A DNA stretch of 64,000 bases from a bacterium (GCA_965216635.1 OZ244188.1:608001-672000); one strand, 5' to 3'. Positions 1 through 10,106 are shown, numbered from the stretch's first letter. Program-made: numbers and translations. Notes: generated by a model not told the origin, from the letters alone.

Positions 1-1997
1 ATTGGAATATTTTGTAGATTTGGATCCTTTGAACTCAGCCTACCTGTTGCAGCCACTGTCTGGTTGTAAGAAGTGTGTATTCTACCAGTGCTGTGATGGA
101 CTAGGTTGGGCAGAACATCTAAGTAGGTGTTAATTATTTTTTGACTGGCTCTAAATATTTCAATATTCGCAGCTATAGGATATTTTTTAGCGAGTTTGGT
201 GAGTATGGAAGAATCTGTAGAGTAACCTGTTTTAGTTTTTTTCTTAAATTCTTGGATACCCATTTTTTCAAAGAGTATTTCTCCTAATTGTTTGGGTGAA
301 TTTAGATTAAACTCTGTGCCTGTTATTTGGTAAATTTCTTGAGCTAGTTTTTCACAATTTTTTTTGATTTCTACAGAAAGATCCGCCAAAATCTGTGCAT
401 CTATTTTCACTCCTTTTCTTTCCATTTCTGAGAGCAACCCCGTTAGGGGTAGTTCTACTTCTCGGTAAAGTTTTTCTAATTCAAGCTTTTGAATTTTAGG
501 AGATAGAGTTTGAAAAAGTTTAAGTGTGATTTCCGCATTTTCGGAGGCGTAAGGTAGAGCCTTATCTATCTCAATCTGCTCAAAACTTAAATGCTCTTTT
601 ACTTTACCCTTGCCTTTGCTTGTCACTTTGGCGATTTCTGTAAAAGAAATGCATGTATGGTTTAAGTGTATTTGAGCTAGTCTATCTAAACTATGGCGAT
701 TGGCATCTGCATCTATAAGGTAGGATTGCAACATTGTATCTTCTAATTGGTTACTGAGGGTGATATTATAGTTTTTTAAAACAGAAATTTCGTATTTGAG
801 ATTGTGGGCAATAAAGCGAATATTTGGATTAGAAAAAATTTTTTTAAAGGCATCTAATGTCTCTTGAATTTCTAACTGGGGAATTTTTTCTTGGTGAGCG
901 AGTGGAATATAAGCTGCTGCTAGACCTTCTACGGCTATGGCAATGCCTACAATTTCTGCTTCTTGAATGACTAAAGAAGTGGTTTCTTTAGAAATATATT
1001 TTAAAGCAAAAGCAAATATTTTTTTCGTTTCTATTTGGGTGAGATATTGTTGTAAGGTTTCAGCATTATTGATGAGTTTATACTTAGCACTTCTATCTTT
1101 TATTTTTGAATCTATAATTTTCAGATCTGCAGAAAGATCACCTGAACCTTGTTTGAGTAGGCCGTCTTGAGTAAAACTATACTCGTAGTAAAAATTTCTT
1201 AATTCTTCTGTTTTACTCGGTTTTAATTGAAAATCTTCTAATTTATAATCTAGCACTATGGGGTGATTTAATTGGGTAAGTTTCAAACTCAGTTCTATAT
1301 TTTTTTTAGATTCTTCTAGTTTTAATCGGGTAGAAGGTTTGATTTTTTCTAAATTTTGGAATATATTCTCTAAATTTTTGTATTGGTTTAATAAATCAGC
1401 TGCGGTTTTAGGACCTATTCCTTTTGCTCCCGGTATATTATCAGAGCTATCCCCTGTAAGACTTAAATATTCGGCAACCTGTTCGGGGTAAATAGCAAAT
1501 TTATTTTTTACTTCTTCACGGCGTAGTTTGATGTTTTTCATACTATCATAGATAGATACAGTATCATTGACTAGCTGGGTTAAATCTTTATCCCCAGAGA
1601 CAATAACAACTTCATCTACTTCGTTGGCAAATTTTCTAGAAAGTTCTGCAATTACATCGTCAGCTTCCCAACCTTCTTTGCAAATAGTTGTCATTTGTAA
1701 CAGGTCTACAAACTGAAAAATAGGTTCAATTTGTTTTTTTAAATCTTCAGGGGCTTCACTACGGTTTGCTTTATAAGGAAAGTAAATTTTTTTGCGGAAG
1801 CTATCACCCTTGGGATCAAAAACCATTGCAAGATATTGCGGTTTGTTTCTCTCTAAAAGTCCTCTTATCATATTTTTAAAACCAAAAATAGCTTTTGTTG
1901 GAAAACCTTTAGCGCTGGTTAAATCTGCCCCAAAACCATAATAGGCTCTAAAAATATAGGCTGCCCCGTCTATTAGATAAAGTTTTTTAAGTTGCAT
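1..1997 (-). CDS. polA: DNA polymerase I, 5' part (runs off the window start)
   Basis: Not in the ORF track. Minus strand from ATG at 1997 reads MQLKKLYLIDGAAYIFRAYYG..., with 5'-3' exonuclease motifs EADDVI, SGDKDL and GDSSDNIPG, then HNLKYE, FNLNSPKQL and QHITALVEYTLLTTRQWLQQVG near the edge. The start overlaps the upstream stop (TAATG). Confidence 0.95.
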   Translation of the reverse strand, partial: MQLKKLYLIDGAAYIFRAYYGFGADLTSAKGFPTKAIFGFKNMIRGLLERNKPQYLAMVFDPKGDSFRKKIYFPYKANRSEAPEDLKKQIEPIFQFVDLLQMTTICKEGWEADDVIAELSRKFANEVDEVVIVSGDKDLTQLVNDTVSIYDSMKNIKLRREEVKNKFAIYPEQVAEYLSLTGDSSDNIPGAKGIGPKTAADLLNQYKNLENIFQNLEKIKPSTRLKLEESKKNIELSLKLTQLNHPIVLDYKLEDFQLKPSKTEELRNFYYEYSFTQDGLLKQGSGDLSADLKIIDSKIKDRSAKYKLINNAETLQQYLTQIETKKIFAFALKYISKETTSLVIQEAEIVGIAIAVEGLAAAYIPLAHQEKIPQLEIQETLDAFKKIFSNPNIRFIAHNLKYEISVLKNYNITLSNQLEDTMLQSYLIDADANRHSLDRLAQIHLNHTCISFTEIAKVTSKGKGKVKEHLSFEQIEIDKALPYASENAEITLKLFQTLSPKIQKLELEKLYREVELPLTGLLSEMERKGVKIDAQILADLSVEIKKNCEKLAQEIYQITGTEFNLNSPKQLGEILFEKMGIQEFKKKTKTGYSTDSSILTKLAKKYPIAANIEIFRASQKIINTYLDVLPNLVHHSTGRIHTSYNQTVAATGRLSSKDPNLQNIP

Positions 1998-2848
1998 TAT
2001 TCAGTTTCTTGTTCTTTTTTGAAAAACACAAATAAGATAATCACTAAAGTCAATAAAAACATCATATTGCCTACAATCCACATAATCAAACCTCCAATTT
2101 TTTGGTCGCTGGTAGCATCTAATAACAAACCTTGATTTGTTGCAGCATAGTTATATCTTGCTTGTGTGCTGAAAGTAATCAGAGCAGAAAGAGCGGAGTT
2201 CGCAATCGTAAGTAGTCCGAGCCACAATAATCTATAAAAATAAGAAATTTTTTTTTTGATAGGTGCTGCTAAAGAATACCACAAAAAAACTGCACTTATA
2301 AACATTAAAAAATGCTGCAGGTAATGTGCTGATTCATAGGTTAAAGCTAAATCATAAAACACAGGAAGATGCCAGAGCCAAAAATTTCCCAGATAAAAGA
2401 AAATGGCTATTTTTGGATTGGAAAGGAAAGCAAGCAAAGAGCGGTAAATTTTTAAACGAGTAATTTGACCTACAAATTTTGGGAAGTGACTATGGGTGCC
2501 AGAAACAATAGGTAGTATAGGTAAGCCTAATAGTATTAATGGAGCAGAAAACATAACAACTAGCAAATGCTGTATCATGTGAAAATAAAAATAACTATCT
2601 GCTAGATAGTCTATAGGAGAGCATAGGGCGAGAACAAGTAAAAAAAATCCAGCCACAAAACAAACGGTTCTCCAAAGGGGATATTTATGATTTTGCTTAC
2701 GACGGTATTTTATAAGACCGCGGAAATAAAAATAAGCAAAAACAGTTATTACCAGCAGACTAGGATCTAAAGTCCATGCAAATAGCGGATTGATTATATT
2801 GGATTCTCCAGTATGAGCGTAAAGGTTGGGTATTAGCACAGTTTTCAT
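1997..2848 (-). CDS. ctaG: Cytochrome c oxidase assembly factor, caa3-type CtaG family
   Basis: Multi-TM protein with HMIQHLL, WHLP..YD, HYLQH and DQKIGGLIMW motifs typical of Caa3_CtaG. Confidence 0.85.
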   Translation of the reverse strand: MKTVLIPNLYAHTGESNIINPLFAWTLDPSLLVITVFAYFYFRGLIKYRRKQNHKYPLWRTVCFVAGFFLLVLALCSPIDYLADSYFYFHMIQHLLVVMFSAPLILLGLPILPIVSGTHSHFPKFVGQITRLKIYRSLLAFLSNPKIAIFFYLGNFWLWHLPVFYDLALTYESAHYLQHFLMFISAVFLWYSLAAPIKKKISYFYRLLWLGLLTIANSALSALITFSTQARYNYAATNQGLLLDATSDQKIGGLIMWIVGNMMFLLTLVIILFVFFKKEQETE

Positions 2849-4473
2849 AGTTTTTGTGCTACCTGTTTCGCTTTTTTGTAAGTAATATTATATTCTAAAA
2901 TAATAGGTCTTTTGCCTTCCATTACATTTTTTATACTTACTATATCGCATTTATAAACATCCTTGTTTATAGTTCCTAGTTCGTGGCACTCTGTTTTCAT
3001 TCCATCTGTAATATTTTCCATAGTTAAAAGTATTCCAGCGCAGTTATTCTCTTGGCAAGTTTTAATAAAAGATCTGACTTGTGTTATAGATAAATTTTTT
3101 CCACCCTTTACATCTATAATACATCTTTTGCTTTCTGTTTCTGGTGGTATTTGAAAATAAAAATTTCCATCTATACCTCCATCTCCAGTTTTTTTACTAT
3201 TAGAAACAGCATTCAAAAGATATTCTATAGCCCAATCTTGGAATTTATACTTATCTTCTTCTGCTAATTTTAGAGCTTGTTCGAAGTTTTTAGGTAGTCC
3301 TTCTACTTCAAAATCTCTGTTTTTTAAAAATCTATTTCTTTCTCTTAGTCTTTTTTCAACGACTGCAATACTCAATGTAGAAATATCGCAACCAACGAAA
3401 TTTCTTTTATTTTCTATTGCACTATCTATTGTAGTTCCACAGCCGCAGAAAAAATCAGCCACTAAATCTCCCTCTTTACTGCTTGCTTCTATTATTCTAT
3501 TCAATAATTTGATAGGTTTTTGAGTAGGATAATTCCCTTCAACTCTTTCATTTGAGTTACTACTTATTGGATTAATATCTGTCCATATCTCTTGAAATGG
3601 CACTCCAATCATCTCATCAAGATATTCTTTAAAACGAGGTATCCCATTTTTACTAATCAAAATATAATCATTTTCATAAAGCAAATCTAATCTTTCTATA
3701 ATAGACATTGTTTTAGCTTTTTCTTCGCCTACAAGTTTATTGATAATTCTTTTAGGTATAGACCACGAACGATTACTTTGAGAAGGATGGTAATCTTTCC
3801 AAATTTTATCATTTTTATTTATACCAGCTCCAGTTAAAATAACAGATTGATATTTTCCTCTTTTGTCTTTATGGGTAAAATTATTTTCTATGTATTCTTG
3901 ACTATATTTTTCATACCCAATATGAAATATGTAGTTATTGCTTTTTGTATAGAAAAATATGGAATCTCTATTTCTTCCAAATTTTTTTGGGTCATTGTGA
4001 GCGTAAGTTCTTTTCCAAATAATTTCGTTCTTAAAATTTTTTACTCCAAAAATTAAATCACAAAGGGTTTTTAGATAATGGCTCATCGTAGGGTCGCAGT
4101 GTAGATAAAAACTACCTGTTTCTTTTAATAGTTCTCTAATATAATAAATTCTTATAGCCATCATAGATAAATAAGAAATATAACTAATAGGCATCGTTTT
4201 TTTAATGAAGGTTAGATATCCATCTATTGTGTTTAAAGCTAAAGTTTTTATCTCCTCTATATTTTTTTGATAATCTACATTACTCCAAGTATCTGTAAAA
4301 ACTTCTTTTTGAATATCGTCTAGTTCATTAAATCTATCTTTGTATAAAATATTGTAATTTCTTTTAGAGTTAAAAGGCGGGTCAATATAGACTAAATCAA
4401 TAAAACTGCTTTTTTCTTCTAGCAGTTTTTTCATTACTTCTAAATTGTCTCCGTAGTATAGATAATTTTCCAT
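2845..4473 (-). CDS. Site-specific DNA methyltransferase (N6A/N4C, beta class) fused to a C-terminal Mrr-like PD-(D/E)xK nuclease domain, copy 1
   Basis: YGDNL start, motif IV IDPPF, YPTQKP, motif I DFFCGCGTT; C-terminal DGGIDG...IIDVKGG nuclease-like motif. Confidence 0.85.
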   Translation of the reverse strand: MENYLYYGDNLEVMKKLLEEKSSFIDLVYIDPPFNSKRNYNILYKDRFNELDDIQKEVFTDTWSNVDYQKNIEEIKTLALNTIDGYLTFIKKTMPISYISYLSMMAIRIYYIRELLKETGSFYLHCDPTMSHYLKTLCDLIFGVKNFKNEIIWKRTYAHNDPKKFGRNRDSIFFYTKSNNYIFHIGYEKYSQEYIENNFTHKDKRGKYQSVILTGAGINKNDKIWKDYHPSQSNRSWSIPKRIINKLVGEEKAKTMSIIERLDLLYENDYILISKNGIPRFKEYLDEMIGVPFQEIWTDINPISSNSNERVEGNYPTQKPIKLLNRIIEASSKEGDLVADFFCGCGTTIDSAIENKRNFVGCDISTLSIAVVEKRLRERNRFLKNRDFEVEGLPKNFEQALKLAEEDKYKFQDWAIEYLLNAVSNSKKTGDGGIDGNFYFQIPPETESKRCIIDVKGGKNLSITQVRSFIKTCQENNCAGILLTMENITDGMKTECHELGTINKDVYKCDIVSIKNVMEGKRPIILEYNITYKKAKQVAQKL

Positions 4474-4504
4474 TATTCTTTATGGTTTGATTTTTATTTA
4501 TGAA

Positions 4505-5335
4505 TTAACTCACGTAAGATTGTATGTGATTCTCTTGTTTCTTCTCAAATAAAAAAATGTATTCGTGTTTAAATAGATAAAACCCGCCTGCTAAGGCTCT
4601 GTATCTCCACAAAGCCTGTTGGTTTTGTTTTGATCTTGTTTCTTTAAAATTTTTCACAACAGTGCTTTTAAGTTTAAAATTTCTTTTGAGAATTTCTTGC
4701 ATTGTATAAAAACCTAGAGGCAGCCATTCTGAATTTGCATATTTATCCCCTATTACCAAAGCTAAATATCTTTTGCGTTCTAAAATGGATTCTATCTTAT
4801 CTACTATTTTACCTAAATGTTTAAGAAAATGTTCTAAACTAGGGCTATTAGAAAGGTCTTTTTCGTTCTTACTGAATTGAATTATATCCCAATAAGGCGG
4901 GTGCATTATCACCAACTGCACTGCTTCAATGCCAAGATTGGTAAGTTTTTTTTGATAGTCAAAAGTGCTACTATCGGCAGTAATAACTTCTATTTTTGAA
5001 TTGTTTTGAGATAAAGCCCTATCATTAGCTATATTTTTTTTTGCAAGTTCTGATATTTCTTCTTGTAATTCTATGCCTATACCATTTCTACCTAGTCTCT
5101 GACATTCCATTAAGGTAGTTCCAGAACCTAAAAAACAATCCAAAACCCAATCGTTTTTTTTTGTGTACCTCTTTAAAAGTTGTTGCGGAATTTGAGGAAT
5201 AAAGTTACTCCAATAGTTGGCTGAATGAGCTCCCGAGCTATCTCTTTTATCTAATACCCAAAGACTATCGGTTAAGATTTCTTCATATTGTTTCCAGTTT
5301 TTTAAATCTATATCATTAATAGAATTAGTTCTCAT
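4505..5335 (-). CDS. SAM-dependent DNA methyltransferase (motif I before motif IV)
   Basis: DCFLGSGTT (motif I), MHPPYW (motif IV), NFIPQIP, HEYIFLF. Confidence 0.8.
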   Translation of the reverse strand: MRTNSINDIDLKNWKQYEEILTDSLWVLDKRDSSGAHSANYWSNFIPQIPQQLLKRYTKKNDWVLDCFLGSGTTLMECQRLGRNGIGIELQEEISELAKKNIANDRALSQNNSKIEVITADSSTFDYQKKLTNLGIEAVQLVIMHPPYWDIIQFSKNEKDLSNSPSLEHFLKHLGKIVDKIESILERKRYLALVIGDKYANSEWLPLGFYTMQEILKRNFKLKSTVVKNFKETRSKQNQQALWRYRALAGGFYLFKHEYIFLFEKKQENHIQSYVS

Positions 5336-5419
5336 AATTGGTAGCTTAGGTTTTTTATATGTATTTTTTTAAGCAATCTTCAAAATCTTTTTCTGCTGTT
5401 GGGGTGTGGTCTTTTTCGT

Positions 5420-7048
5420 TCATAGTTTTTGTGCTACCTGTTTTGCTTTTTTGTAAGTAATATTATATTCCAAAATAATAGGTCTTTTGCCTTCCATTAC
5501 ATTTTTTATACTTACTATATCGCATTTATAAACACCCTTGTTTATAGTTCCTAGTTCGTGGCACTCTGTTTTCATTCCATCTGTGATATTTCCCATAGTT
5601 AAAAGTATTCCAGCGCAGTTATTCTCTTGGCAAGTTTTAATAAAAGATCTGACTTGTGTTATAGATAAATTTTTTCCACCCTTTACATCTATAATACATC
5701 TTTTGCTTTCTGTTTCTGGTGGTATTTGAAAATAAAAATTTCCATCTATACCTCCATCTCCAGTTTTTTTACTATTAGAAACAGCATTCAAAAGATATTC
5801 TATAGCCCAATCTTGGAATTTATATTTATCTTCTTCTGCTAATTTTAGAGCTTGTTCAAAGTTTTTAGGTAATCCTTCTACTTCAAAATCTCTGTTTTTT
5901 AAAAATCTATTTCTTTCTCTTAATCTTTTTTCAACGACTGCAATACTCAATGTAGAAATATCGCAACCAACGAAATTTCTTTTATTTTCTATCGCACTAT
6001 CTATTGTAGTTCCACAGCCGCAGAAAAAATCAGCCACTAAATCTCCCTCTTTACTGCTTGCTTCTATTATTCTATTCAATAATTTGATAGGTTTTTGAGT
6101 AGGATAATTCCCTTCAACTCTTTCATTTGAGTTACTACTTATTGGATTAATATCTGTCCATATCTCTTGAAATGGCACTCCAATCATCTCATCAAGATAT
6201 TCTTTAAAACGAGGTATCCCATTTTTACTAATCAAAATATAATCATTTTCATAAAGCAAATCTAATCTTTCTATAATAGACATTGTTTTAGCTTTTTCTT
6301 CGCCTACAAGTTTATTGATAATTCTTTTAGGTATAGACCACGAACGATTACTTTGAGAAGGATGGTAATCTTTCCAAATTTCATCATTTTTATTTATACC
6401 AGCTCCAGTTAAAATAACAGATTGATATTTTCCTCTTTTGTCTTTATGGGTAAAATTATTTTCTATGTATTCTTGACTATATTTTTCATACCCAATATGA
6501 AATATGTAGTTATTGCTTTTTGTATAGAAAAATATGGAATCTCTATTTCTTCCAAATTTTTTTGGGTCATTGTGAGCGTAAGTTCTTTTCCAAATAATTT
6601 CATTTTTAAAATTTTTTACTCCAAAAATTAAATCACAAAGGGTTTTTAGATAATGGCTCATTGTAGGGTCGCAGTGTAGATAAAAACTACCTGTTTCTTT
6701 TAATAGTTCTCTAATGTAATAAATTCTTATAGCCATCATAGATAAATAAGAAATATAACTAATAGGCATCGTTTTTTTAATGAAGGTTAGATATCCATCT
6801 ATTGTGTTTAAAGCTAAAGTTTTTATCTCCTCTATATTTTTTTGATAATCTACATTACTCCAAGTATCTGTAAAAACTTCTTTTTGAATATCGTCTAGTT
6901 CATTAAATCTATCTTTGTATAAAATATTGTAATTTCTTTTAGAGTTAAAAGGCGGGTCAATATAGACTAAATCAATAAAACTACTTTTTTCTTCTAGCAG
7001 TTTTTTCATTACTTCTAAATTGTCTCCGTAGTATAGATAATTTTCCAT
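5420..7048 (-). CDS. DNA methyltransferase/Mrr-like nuclease fusion, copy 2 (3 aa differences from copy 1)
   Basis: 542 aa, identical to 2845..4473 except NDK/NDE, MEN/MGN and KDV/KGV. Confidence 0.85.
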   Translation of the reverse strand: MENYLYYGDNLEVMKKLLEEKSSFIDLVYIDPPFNSKRNYNILYKDRFNELDDIQKEVFTDTWSNVDYQKNIEEIKTLALNTIDGYLTFIKKTMPISYISYLSMMAIRIYYIRELLKETGSFYLHCDPTMSHYLKTLCDLIFGVKNFKNEIIWKRTYAHNDPKKFGRNRDSIFFYTKSNNYIFHIGYEKYSQEYIENNFTHKDKRGKYQSVILTGAGINKNDEIWKDYHPSQSNRSWSIPKRIINKLVGEEKAKTMSIIERLDLLYENDYILISKNGIPRFKEYLDEMIGVPFQEIWTDINPISSNSNERVEGNYPTQKPIKLLNRIIEASSKEGDLVADFFCGCGTTIDSAIENKRNFVGCDISTLSIAVVEKRLRERNRFLKNRDFEVEGLPKNFEQALKLAEEDKYKFQDWAIEYLLNAVSNSKKTGDGGIDGNFYFQIPPETESKRCIIDVKGGKNLSITQVRSFIKTCQENNCAGILLTMGNITDGMKTECHELGTINKGVYKCDIVSIKNVMEGKRPIILEYNITYKKAKQVAQKL

Positions 7049-7101
7049 TATTCTTTATAGCTTAGGTTTCTGCTGGAATTCTCCCATTGTAGGAATGCTT
7101 T

Positions 7102-7893
7102 TTAAGCAAAGCTTTTTATACTAATTTCTCCAGAAAAAAGACTCATCTTTTCGCCTTCTTCTGTTCTTACCAAAAGATTACCATTGGTATAGTCAATTCC
7201 TTCTATTTTTGCAGTAATTTTTTTGGGAGAAGATTTTTCTTGATGGCTAGATTGTAAATATTGAATTGTTTTTGCGCTAGTAGCCATGCTCTCCCATTCT
7301 TGTAAAATTTGTTTTTTTTCTCCATTTTCTAGCCGTCCCAAAACCTTATCTAACTCTAAGGTGCATTCTTCTAGTAGTTGAAATGTATCGTAATTTTTAT
7401 CGGTTTCTATTTTTAAAGAGCTTGCTTTTTTATAAATTTGTGGAGAAAAATCTGTGCTTTTTTGTAAAATATTGATTCCAGAACCGATAACCACAATTTT
7501 CTCATGAGGTTTTGATTCACAAAGTATACCCCCAATTTTTTTATTTCCTATCAGTAAATCGTTGGGCCATTTAAGACAAATTTTACTGGAACTGATTTTT
7601 CTTAAGCATTTACAAAGAGCACAACCTACAGCTAAACTCAAAATAGAAAAAATATTAGGTTGATAATGATAGACTACAGAAAAGATCAAACTTTGTTTAG
7701 CTTTGCCTTCCCAACTTCTACCTAATCTCCCTTTACCTCCTTTCTGGTAATCGCTGCTAATTATAGTTCCGCAAGGGTTTGTTTTTTCTAATAACCAGCG
7801 ATTTGTAGAGTCTATTGTTGGAAAGTGTAGTGTTTGATTGGCAAGAGTTTTTCTGTGAAAGCGGAGTTTTTTTTCTTGGTAAAGAAAAGGCAT
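7102..7893 (-). CDS. birA: Biotin-[acetyl-CoA carboxylase] ligase (no HTH domain)
   Basis: IDSTN, GKGRLGRSW, KWPNDL and KIGGIL motifs. Confidence 0.92.
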   Translation of the reverse strand: MPFLYQEKKLRFHRKTLANQTLHFPTIDSTNRWLLEKTNPCGTIISSDYQKGGKGRLGRSWEGKAKQSLIFSVVYHYQPNIFSILSLAVGCALCKCLRKISSSKICLKWPNDLLIGNKKIGGILCESKPHEKIVVIGSGINILQKSTDFSPQIYKKASSLKIETDKNYDTFQLLEECTLELDKVLGRLENGEKKQILQEWESMATSAKTIQYLQSSHQEKSSPKKITAKIEGIDYTNGNLLVRTEEGEKMSLFSGEISIKSFA

Positions 7894-7971
7894 TTTTTTA
7901 GAATTTATACTAAATAGTACGATTGTTTTTTTTATAAATTCCTGAGATTTCTAAATTCACCAAACTTGCGA

Positions 7972-8354
7972 TTAAGTTTCAAAATTTTTTAATACGATTT
8001 TTAATCTATTCGTACTGAATTGGTTGTTTTCTTTGATTGCTTGTTCCAAACAATTTTCTAATAGCCCTTCAACAAGAAAATTAGGCACAGCAATCCAATA
8101 GGTTTTTACTTCTCCCCTACGTATACATCATCAGAGATTTTTGGTAGAATTTTCAATGTTATACCATATGTTTTTTTTTTATTTCCTAAAGTCCCTCTTA
8201 TTAATTCAAAATGGGAATATTCCTTACTTAAAAAAAGGGTTTCTATTTCTGACCATCTTTCTCTCTTTTCCATTTTTTCTCGCATTAAAGAAAAAATTTT
8301 TCTAACGCCAAATTTTTTTATTTCCATTTTTAGATTTCTTAAAAAGAAAATCAA
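7972..8354 (-). pseudogene. Hypothetical gene, possibly split by a frameshift
   Basis: ORF 8106..8354 stops at ...YVGEK. A shifted frame continues GEVKTYWIAVPNFLVEGLLENCLEQAIKENNQFSTNRLKIVLKNFET to a TAA at 7972. No family recognised. Confidence 0.3.
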
Positions 8355-8707
8355 GCAACCAGAGCAGTTTTTGCTTTTTCTGCAATTTTCACAAAAGTTT
8401 CAAAATCATTGTAAGCAATTTCTGCTAATTCCTTTCTATCTATCTGAAGATTGGATTTTTGTAGACCATACATAAGTCGCGAGTAATTCAAATCACACTG
8501 TCTAGCAGCTGCGTTGATTCGCAAAATCCAAAGTTTTCTAAAATCTCGTTTGCGGTTCTTTCTATCTCTGTAAGCGTAGCATCTTGCTCTATCTACAGCT
8601 TCTATTACTGTTCTCAACAACTTTCTTCTTCCTCCACGGAATCCTTTAGCTGCTTTGAAATAGGCTCTTTTCTTTTTTTTTGCGTTGACCGCTCTTTTGA
8701 TTCTCAT
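8351..8707 (-). CDS. rplT: 50S ribosomal protein L20
   Basis: AKGFRGGR, AYRDRKNRKRDFRKLWILRINAAAR. Confidence 0.98.
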   Translation of the reverse strand: MRIKRAVNAKKKKRAYFKAAKGFRGGRRKLLRTVIEAVDRARCYAYRDRKNRKRDFRKLWILRINAAARQCDLNYSRLMYGLQKSNLQIDRKELAEIAYNDFETFVKIAEKAKTALVA

Positions 8708-8727
8708 AATTAGTTCAAAGTTTTATT

Positions 8728-8928
8728 TTATTTGTAAGGTAACATTCTATTCACACCTCTCACATCAGCAGGAGCCACAAGCCCAGATTTTCTGAGCCTT
8801 CTTTTTAAAGAAGAGCTTTTTTTTGTTAAAATATGTCTTAAAAAAGCTTTTTTTCTTTTAATTTTTCCAGTTGCTGTGAATTGAAATCTTTTAGCAGCTG
8901 CTCTTTTTGTTTTTATTTTTAACTTCAT
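8728..8928 (-). CDS. rpmI: 50S ribosomal protein L35
   Basis: [22 protein letters not shown]; lies between infC and rplT. Confidence 0.97.
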   Translation of the reverse strand: MKLKIKTKRAAAKRFQFTATGKIKRKKAFLRHILTKKSSSLKRRLRKSGLVAPADVRGVNRMLPYK

Positions 8929-8938
8929 TTTAATGAGT

Positions 8939-9466
8939 TTATTTTTGTTTTGATATGGGATTCAATATAACAGAATTGACTCTTCCTTTTATCTTAATTT
9001 TTTCTTGCGGTTCTCCCAATTCTATTAAATCCCCTAGTAACCTCTTAAAGACTTTAATACCAATATCTTTAAATTGCAACTCTCTACCGCGGAAAATTAA
9101 ACTGATTTTTAATTTATAGTTATTTTTTAAAAATTCTTCTGCGTGTCTTTTCTTAAACTGATAGTCGTGTTCCTCAATTTTAGGTCTTATTTTAATCTCC
9201 TTAATGGCATCGCTTTTAGGAGCTTTTTTTTGTTTCTTTTTCTTTTTTTCAAATTCAAGTTTGCCGAAATCCATAATACGGCAAACAGGAGGCTTGCTGT
9301 CTTTACTGATTTCTACTAAATCCAAGCCCGATTCTTTTGCCTTAGCTAAACCTATAGCAAAGCTTACAATACCTGTCTGTGTGCCATCTGGTTCTATCAA
9401 ACGGATAAGTTTTGCTTTGATGTTTTCGTTAATCCTTTTTTTTCTAGTATTTTCTTTTTTAATCAC
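8939..9466 (-). CDS. infC: Translation initiation factor IF-3 (start GTG at 9466 or ATT at 9463)
   Basis: [44 protein letters not shown]. Confidence 0.97.
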   Translation of the reverse strand: MIKKENTRKKRINENIKAKLIRLIEPDGTQTGIVSFAIGLAKAKESGLDLVEISKDSKPPVCRIMDFGKLEFEKKKKKQKKAPKSDAIKEIKIRPKIEEHDYQFKKRHAEEFLKNNYKLKISLIFRGRELQFKDIGIKVFKRLLGDLIELGEPQEKIKIKGRVNSVILNPISKQK

Positions 9467-9490
9467 TTCTTACAAGTTTAGTTTTTATTT

Positions 9491-9562
9491 TGGGTGCGGG
9501 TGGGCTTGAACCACCGACCCCTAGCTTGTCGAGCTAGTGCTCTACCGCTGAGCTACGCACCC
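9491..9562 (-). tRNA. tRNA-Val(GAC)
   Basis: GGGTGCGTAGCTCAGCGGTAGAGCACTAGCTCGACAAGCTAGGGGTCGGTGGTTCAAGCCCACCCGCACCCA folds to a cloverleaf; CCA not encoded. Confidence 0.93.
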
Positions 9563-9580
9563 AAAGCTAAAAATATTTTA

Positions 9581-9720
9581 TAGACTTTTGAATTTGCGTT
9601 CTGTTTAGCCTATGCAGCGTTGAAAAAAATTTTTAACTCTTGAAATACTTCAGTATTCCAGCGAGCTAAAAATTTTTTTCGCCTTGCCTAGCCGTCACAT
9701 AACGCAAATTTAAAGGTCTA
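9581..9720. mobile_element. MITE-like element, basic 140-bp form
   Basis: TIR TAGACTTTTGAATTTGCGTT / AACGCAAATTTAAAGGTCTA, flanked by TTTTA on both sides; near-identical to 18839..18978 and 32193..32332. Confidence 0.85.
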
Positions 9721-9725
9721 TTTTA

Positions 9726-10028
9726 TAAACTTTTGAATTTGCCAAATAGGACAAAACTAACTGTTTAGCCAAAACAAGCTTATTGCTTAAAACTTCAGAC
9801 AGGCTATTTGTGAAACAGCCACTGGCTGTTTCACATTTCACTCTTGCTGAACGTTAAGTTTTGTAGTGTTTAGCACTACGCCATTGGAAAAAAATTTTTA
9901 ACTCTTGCCATTTGTGAAGAAATGCTCTTCAGTATTCCAGCGAGCTAAAAATTTTTTTCGCGCCTGTGCTAACCATTTGGCTAGCCGTTACAGCTAGTTT
10001 TGTCCTATTTGGCAAATTCAAAGGTCTA
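9726..10028. mobile_element. MITE-like element, expanded 303-bp form, in tandem with the previous copy just 3' of tRNA-Ala
   Basis: Extended TIR (...GAATTTGCCAAATAGGACAAAACTA / TAGTTTTGTCCTATTTGGCAAATTC...), TTTTA on both sides, internal hairpin TGTGAAACAGCCACTGGCTGTTTCACA. Confidence 0.85.
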
Positions 10029-10033
10029 TTTTA

Positions 10034-10106
10034 TGGAGGATAGCGGATTTGAACCGCTGACCCCCTGCTTGCAAAGCAGATGCTCTACCAACTGAGCTAA
10101 TCCCCC
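10034..10106 (-). tRNA. tRNA-Ala(TGC)
   Basis: GGGGGATTAGCTCAGTTGGTAGAGCATCTGCTTTGCAAGCAGGGGGTCAGCGGTTCAAATCCGCTATCCTCCA. Confidence 0.96.
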
